A stretch of DNA of 64,000 nucleotides from positions 32,001-96,000 of the forward strand of contig JAUVNS010000011.1 of NCBI GenBank assembly GCA_030599585.1. Direction: 5' to 3'. How positions within the stretch are numbered: position 1 is the stretch's first letter; every line of letters begins with the position of its first letter. This document shows, in pieces, positions 58,555 to 64,000 of the stretch. The DNA comes from Promethearchaeota archaeon. GTDB lineage: Archaea > Asgardarchaeota > Lokiarchaeia > Sigyniarchaeales > SOKP01. A program made the position numbers and the translations under genes. Under the pieces are notes generated by a model. The model saw only the letters and a program-made list of their open reading frames with translations, was not told where the DNA came from and made no database searches.

Positions 58555-59166
58555 ATGAGATTGCATATGAAATTGTATAGTGTCGGTGTAAGGGGAGGGT
58601 TAAAAAAGATAAATAAAGCCGATTTTAAAGAAAATGAAGTTTTTTTAATTGATGATTCTAAAACAATGTATTTATGGTTTGGATCAAATATACCTAAAAA
58701 GAGAAGGGAAATATCATTAAATAAAGCGAAACTATTGAACAGCAAAAAGGAAAACAATGTTAATATTCAAAAAGTTGTTCAAAATAAAGAATTTGGAGCA
58801 TTTATAGCTATTAAAGATCTCTTACGGAAAGGCATAAACCCTAGGAAAAATTTAGATAGAAGACCAGAATTAGAAATAAAATATGACGAGACTGTAGAGC
58901 TTGTTGATGCAGGATTAGATCCCGATTTAGAAGCAGAAATCACTCTTGCAACACATAAGCTCTCTCAAGAAAAAAAATCTTATAAACAATTATGTAGATT
59001 GTTAGCCCAATTGCAGCTTGATTTAATAAAAGGCTCAAAAAGTACTTTAAAGAAGGATCTAGAGAAAAAAACGCTAGAAATCTTTAAATCTTCTTCCACA
59101 TATGAAGAAGTATGTTGGCTAATAGCTCAATTAAAAGTAATTAAAAATAAACATTCTTTCTCGTAA
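58555..59166 (+). CDS. Single gelsolin-domain protein with C-terminal helical domain
   Basis: EVFLIDDSKTMYLWFGSN...R...A and VVQNKE...F, gelsolin-repeat signature. Confidence 0.8.
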   Translation: MRLHMKLYSVGVRGGLKKINKADFKENEVFLIDDSKTMYLWFGSNIPKKRREISLNKAKLLNSKKENNVNIQKVVQNKEFGAFIAIKDLLRKGINPRKNLDRRPELEIKYDETVELVDAGLDPDLEAEITLATHKLSQEKKSYKQLCRLLAQLQLDLIKGSKSTLKKDLEKKTLEIFKSSSTYEEVCWLIAQLKVIKNKHSFS

Positions 59167-59388
59167 TATTTACTAAAAATTCCGCGAATATTATTATTCA
59201 GCGTAGTAGAATTGATTTTTTCTCAATTATTTTAGCTGTGAAAAAAAAAACACGACTTTTCTCAGATGTAAATTAATGTTTTATAATTGATATTAATAAA
59301 AGCAATTAAATATTTATTTTGACTAATATTAAACATACACACTTACAATCTACTTTTAAAAATATTGAAATTGTCAAATTGATTAATC

Positions 59389-59748
59389 ATGACGAGAATC
59401 GAAGAACTGGCAGATTTTGGGATCGAAATTGCTGACAGTATGAAGGAAGGATATGTGATCATAGATGTTTTTACAGAATGGTGCGGTCCATGCAAATTTC
59501 TGAGTCCAATTTTGGAGAAACTTAAGGATGAAGGCCTATTTAGGCTTATTAAAATTGATCTTGACAAAAATAGACCCTTGGGTAATAGATTTGGTATAAC
59601 TGCTATTCCAACTCTTCTTTTCTTCAAAAATGGAGATTTATTTGATGGAATTATTGAAATTCAAGGCCAACCGCTTGTTAAGAACGGTATAATGATTGGA
59701 GCGGGAAATGAAAGTACTATTAGAGAAATAGTTGGAAAAATGAATTAA
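59389..59748 (+). CDS. trxA: Thioredoxin
   Basis: WCGPC, AIPTLLFFKNG. Confidence 0.93.
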   Translation: MTRIEELADFGIEIADSMKEGYVIIDVFTEWCGPCKFLSPILEKLKDEGLFRLIKIDLDKNRPLGNRFGITAIPTLLFFKNGDLFDGIIEIQGQPLVKNGIMIGAGNESTIREIVGKMN

Positions 59749-59926
59749 GATAGTATTGTCTTATTTACAATTACAGCATCCAAAAAACTCCAATAACATA
59801 TTTAGAATTTTTTTTATTTATTGATCTTAAAATGGATAAAAACAATTCTTTTTAGATAGTATCTACTTGCCTAATATTTTTTGAGTGTGTACTAAAAAGA
59901 TATGATTAAAATTTAAAGATAGATTT

Positions 59927-60466
59927 ATGATAGTAAGTAACAATAAAACTAAATCAACGATTATGGCAACAATAGATTTTGAATTTCGAAATCAAATTAT
60001 CCAATCCGATATTGGTAATACGCTAGCTTATTGCTATCAATGTGCTACTTGTAGTGGAGCGTGTCCTGTAGCACAGATAACAAATGGACGATATAATCCT
60101 AGAAGACTAATTTTAGATGCACTTCTTGGCTTAAAAGAGAAAATTTTTGGTAAAGAAAATGCTTTTAATATATGGGGATGCACAGTATGTGATACCTGCG
60201 ATGAAGTTTGTCCACAAAAAGTGGAACTTACAGAAATTTTTACCATTTTAAAAAATCTTAGCGTTGAAAAAGGTGAAGCACCAGACTACTATACAACGCA
60301 AGCTTCCGCTATTTTAGAAAGTGGTAAAGCCATCCCAATGCAACCTGCGATAGAAAGAAGAAGAGATCAACTCGGATTGCCAAAAGTTATGCCTCCAGAT
60401 GTAGATGAAGTAAAAAAACTTCTAAAAGCTACCAAATTAGCAGAAAAAATTAGAAAAGAAGAATAA
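59927..60466 (+). CDS. hdrC: Heterodisulfide reductase subunit C-like FeS protein
   Basis: CYQCATCSGACP, YNPRR, WGCTVCDTCDEVCPQKV. Confidence 0.85.
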   Translation: MIVSNNKTKSTIMATIDFEFRNQIIQSDIGNTLAYCYQCATCSGACPVAQITNGRYNPRRLILDALLGLKEKIFGKENAFNIWGCTVCDTCDEVCPQKVELTEIFTILKNLSVEKGEAPDYYTTQASAILESGKAIPMQPAIERRRDQLGLPKVMPPDVDEVKKLLKATKLAEKIRKEE

Positions 60467-60595
60467 ACTTCTTCATTACTCTTTTTTATAAAAATTTTCG
60501 GGGAATTAACATCCCCTAATAATAATGAAGCTTAAATTGAAATAGTAAATGAGCTTTATCTAGAGTATATAAAAATATTGATAGGTGAATTTTGA

Positions 60596-61366
60596 ATGAG
60601 AAGACCAATAATCGGTGGGAATTGGAAGATGAATAAAGGTTTACCTTCTGAAGCCACAGATATGCTAAAAAAGTTGATTCCTCTTGTGAAAAACATAGAT
60701 AACATTGATATAGTAATTGCTCCACCTTATACAACCTTAATACCGGTGATTAACCTCACTAAAAATACGAATATAATGATAGCAGCACAAAATATGTATT
60801 TCGAGGAAAAGGGTGCTTTTACTGGTGAAATCTCCCCTATATTCTTGAAAGAATTAGGATGTAGCTATGTTATTTTGGGTCATAGTGAAAGAAGAGATAT
60901 TCTCAAAGAAACCGATGAAATCATAAATAAAAAAGTAAAAAAGGCTTTGAATTTTAACCTGAATCCTATTGTATGTATTGGAGAGCATTTAATTGAGAGA
61001 GAAGCAAATAAAGCAAAGGAGTTTATAGAAAAACAATTTAGAATTTCATTCAAAGACTTGAGTGATGAAGAATTGCAAAAAACTGTTATAGCTTATGAGC
61101 CAATTTGGGCGATAGGGACGGGAAGAACTGCTACTCCAGAACAAGCTGAAGAAATTCATATATTTATACGTGATTTGATTGCAAGTAGTTATAATAGTAA
61201 AACTGCAAAAGTTGTAAGAATCCAATATGGGGGCTCTATAAAACCTAGTAATGCTAAATATATTTTCAAAAAGGAAAACATCGATGGCGGTTTAGTTGGG
61301 GGCGCTTCGCTTCAAGCGGAATCATTTAGTGAAATTGTTAAAGCTGCAAATGATTCTCCTTTTTAA
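60596..61366 (+). CDS. tpiA: Triosephosphate isomerase, bacterial/eukaryal type
   Basis: GNWKMN, GAFTGEIS, GHSERR, AYEPIWAIGTG, YGGS, DGGLVGGASL. Confidence 0.97.
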   Translation: MRRPIIGGNWKMNKGLPSEATDMLKKLIPLVKNIDNIDIVIAPPYTTLIPVINLTKNTNIMIAAQNMYFEEKGAFTGEISPIFLKELGCSYVILGHSERRDILKETDEIINKKVKKALNFNLNPIVCIGEHLIEREANKAKEFIEKQFRISFKDLSDEELQKTVIAYEPIWAIGTGRTATPEQAEEIHIFIRDLIASSYNSKTAKVVRIQYGGSIKPSNAKYIFKKENIDGGLVGGASLQAESFSEIVKAANDSPF

Positions 61367-61389
61367 TATCTAATACACTTTTGTTTAAT

Positions 61390-62256
61390 TTATCCTAAAA
61401 TTTGATCAAACCTAGATGCCAGTTTTCCTGGAAACTCACCTAAATATGATTGTGGATCTGCAAAAAGTAAATAAAAATAAGGCTCAAACAGGCCATTAAT
61501 AGTTGGGCCAACTCCTGATTTTATTATATACACCCATAACTGTTCATTTGAAAAATGTGATTGTCGATAAATCCATTCAAGCGTTGGCATATTCGGAAAT
61601 ACGCTAATGTTTCTTAGAATTGAATCTATATCTGCCATTGAAAATGAAGTCCCGAAACTCATGATTGGTGAAAGATCAAACGATGTTATACAGATACCTT
61701 TAAGCCCATAACTACTCATTTCTTTTAAAAAATCGTCTGCTAACCTATTAATTTCTTTTTTCTGTGCGTCTACGCGATTTCTAGCTTCTTTGTCAGTTAG
61801 GATTTCGATAATTTTATCCTCTTCGTTTTGTAGCAATTCAAGGGCTGCATCAAGAGGAATTTTATCTGCGATAACTAAGTTATAAATAATTTTAATTTTT
61901 GCTTTAACAGACTTTTGAAGGAGATATGACTCAGATTGTATCGTGATTAATACATCACCTTCATATTGATTAGTATCTTCCTTACTAGGATTTTTTTTAC
62001 TAGATTTAAATTCTATTATTTCAATTTTTTTATCAATATTTCTAGCAAACTCAAATAGTGCAGAAACTAATCCTGCGTTGAGTTCGAACGAGCTAACTGG
62101 ATCTAATTTCGTCAATGGTTCTAAATTCTGTCGCGTGAAGTCAAAAAATCTTAAATTTAAATTAACACCTTTAGGAGGAGTATTTAGAATTAAATTATAA
62201 TATGGAAAGCCTGTATTGGTAATAACAGAAAACTCATAAAATGTCATATTAAACAT
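61390..62256 (-). CDS. Hypothetical protein with longin-like N-terminal domain
   Basis: FSVITNTGFPYY...LNAGLVSALFEFARNI...IEIIEF; second beta-hairpin GICITSFDLSPI. Confidence 0.5.
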   Translation of the reverse strand: MFNMTFYEFSVITNTGFPYYNLILNTPPKGVNLNLRFFDFTRQNLEPLTKLDPVSSFELNAGLVSALFEFARNIDKKIEIIEFKSSKKNPSKEDTNQYEGDVLITIQSESYLLQKSVKAKIKIIYNLVIADKIPLDAALELLQNEEDKIIEILTDKEARNRVDAQKKEINRLADDFLKEMSSYGLKGICITSFDLSPIMSFGTSFSMADIDSILRNISVFPNMPTLEWIYRQSHFSNEQLWVYIIKSGVGPTINGLFEPYFYLLFADPQSYLGEFPGKLASRFDQILG

Positions 62257-62397
62257 TTAAAGATTGAAATATAATTTAATCTATAATTATAGATTTGGCA
62301 ATATATATTTAAATTAATTGAGTTAATTACATAGTTTACTTAAAAAAGCTAATCAAATTTCCAAGAATACAAAAGGGTAAAAACGGAGTTAACATTC

Positions 62398-63999
62398 TTA
62401 TTTTATTATTATCGCAGGTTTTCCAGGTAAGCCTTGCGCCGCTTTCTTTTCTTGCGATTCATTTTCGGGGATAACAGTTACTTTACATTTATATTTCTTT
62501 TCGTAAATATTTTTGATTTCAAAAAAGAAATTAAATTCACCCTTGGCATTGATAGGGGATTTAACAAATTTTCCAAGATTCTTCAATACTTTAATGACTG
62601 TTTGAGAAATAAATTTCCCTTTTGTTTTAAAATCTTTATTTTCCATTAATTTTCCAATAATTTCTCCTTGATCCTTTGATTCTTCTACTAAGGAGAGAAG
62701 TTTAAGCATTAAATCGAATTTCCACTCAGCTGCTATAATAATAATAATCTCATTTAGTTTTTCTTTCTTAATAATTTGAATTATATGATTAATTGAATCA
62801 ACAGTGTTATTCATTAAATTCCATTTGTAATCATTTTCAACGGAAAGAGTATTCTTATCGTAGCTAGGCCAAATAGCTAAACTTAAAAAGTCATTTTTTC
62901 CCATTTGCTCCCATACTTCCTCAGTCATATGAGGTACAAAGGGATGAAGTAAAAGAGTTAAATTCTTTTTACATTTGTCAAAAACTTCTTTATAAACACC
63001 CTCAGACTTATATCTATTTAATTCAGTAGTAAATTGGATGATTTCGTTTATGGCATCTCTAATTGAAATCTTTTCTAAGGCCTCACTTACTTTTTTTATA
63101 GTTTTATTAAGATAATACTCAACCAGCGTATCTCTAATTATTTTTTTCTCTCGGATTATATCAGGGGATTCAATTAATAATTTAAACGTGTTTTTTACAA
63201 ATTTATAAGCAAAATCTACGCCTTCATCAGACCATTCTAATCCCGATTTAGGGCTTGCTCCAAATAAGATAAATAATCTGGCTGCATCTGCTCCATATTT
63301 ATTCATAATTCCAATAGGATCTACAGTATTGCCATAACTTTTACTCATCTTAACACTTTTCAAAAAAAAATCCGTTCCACATCGTTTACACGTTTTATTG
63401 TGCATTTCTGCTTTCAATGCGAATGTTTCGCATTCAGAACAGAAAGGATGCGCTTTATTGACCATTCCCTGAGTTAAAAGCCGCTGGAAAGGCTCACTAA
63501 ATGAGTGAAGACCAAGATCTCGAGCTACTTTGGTAAAAAATCGAGCGTATAATAAATGCATAATAGCATGTTCTATTCCACCAATGTATTGATCAACATT
63601 CATCCAGTAATCTGCGATTTCTTTTCTGTATGGTAAATCTTTCTCATCGGGATCACAATACCTAAAAAAATACCAAGAGCTATCCACAAATGTATCCATA
63701 GTGTCTGTTTCCCTTTTTGCTTGTTTCCCACATTTTGGACATGGAACTTTGACATAAATTTCACTTGTTTTTAGCGGATTTCCTCTTCCCGTGAATTTTA
63801 CATCTTTTGGTAACTCTACAGGTAATTCATCGTATGGGATGGGTACAATTCCACAAGTATCACAGTAAATAATTGGTATTGGACACCCCCAATAACGTTG
63901 CCGGGAAATTAACCAATCTCTTAATTTGTAATTTACAGTTTTTTTTCCCATTTCTATTGATTCTAGCTTTTTTGAAATTGAATCTATTGCAGACCGGTT
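62398..63999 (-). CDS. leuS: Leucine--tRNA ligase, bacterial-type core, partial (frame open to the window end)
   Basis: [54 protein letters not shown]; no stop between 63951 and 63999. Confidence 0.96.
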   Translation of the reverse strand, partial: NRSAIDSISKKLESIEMGKKTVNYKLRDWLISRQRYWGCPIPIIYCDTCGIVPIPYDELPVELPKDVKFTGRGNPLKTSEIYVKVPCPKCGKQAKRETDTMDTFVDSSWYFFRYCDPDEKDLPYRKEIADYWMNVDQYIGGIEHAIMHLLYARFFTKVARDLGLHSFSEPFQRLLTQGMVNKAHPFCSECETFALKAEMHNKTCKRCGTDFFLKSVKMSKSYGNTVDPIGIMNKYGADAARLFILFGASPKSGLEWSDEGVDFAYKFVKNTFKLLIESPDIIREKKIIRDTLVEYYLNKTIKKVSEALEKISIRDAINEIIQFTTELNRYKSEGVYKEVFDKCKKNLTLLLHPFVPHMTEEVWEQMGKNDFLSLAIWPSYDKNTLSVENDYKWNLMNNTVDSINHIIQIIKKEKLNEIIIIIAAEWKFDLMLKLLSLVEESKDQGEIIGKLMENKDFKTKGKFISQTVIKVLKNLGKFVKSPINAKGEFNFFFEIKNIYEKKYKCKVTVIPENESQEKKAAQGLPGKPAIIIK

Positions 64000-64000
64000 T

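Noticed and set aside
59171-59228. Small hairpins after the gelsolin gene as a ncRNA
   Set aside because: Short AT-rich stems with no recognisable family motif; more likely terminator or chance structure.
59927-60595. Selenoprotein or SECIS element near hdrC and thioredoxin
   Set aside because: No in-frame TGA in these genes; the TGA-ending ORFs in the window appear complete.

Overview
AT-rich (roughly 30% GC by eye), gene-dense archaeal chromosome segment. The mix of archaeal informational genes and eukaryotic-signature proteins (ribophorin I, OSTC/OST3-6-like, Sec61beta, gelsolin-domain, roadblock, longin-like, V4R/Bet3-like) points to an Asgard archaeon, most likely Lokiarchaeia (inference). 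The window holds part of the S10/spc ribosomal-protein cluster (uS19 to eS4), RNA-modification and recombination genes, a peptide ABC transporter, an N-glycosylation/translocon cluster with an intron-containing tRNA-Gln, central-metabolism genes and a partial bacterial-type LeuRS. Main observation: the uS3 gene is interrupted by a 30-nt insert with two in-frame stops that folds into a bulge-helix-bulge (BHB) motif. Its geometry and 3' bulge match the 29-nt tRNA-Gln intron in this same window, so it is a candidate endonuclease-spliced mRNA intron in a ribosomal-protein gene. Second: a 669-aa protein with six 65-66-aa HTH-like repeats, a canonical HTH and a PD-(D/E)xK-like C-terminus sits where the ribosomal cluster stops. 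No CRISPR array, rRNA or transposase was seen. All family calls are by eye from motifs; no searches were run.
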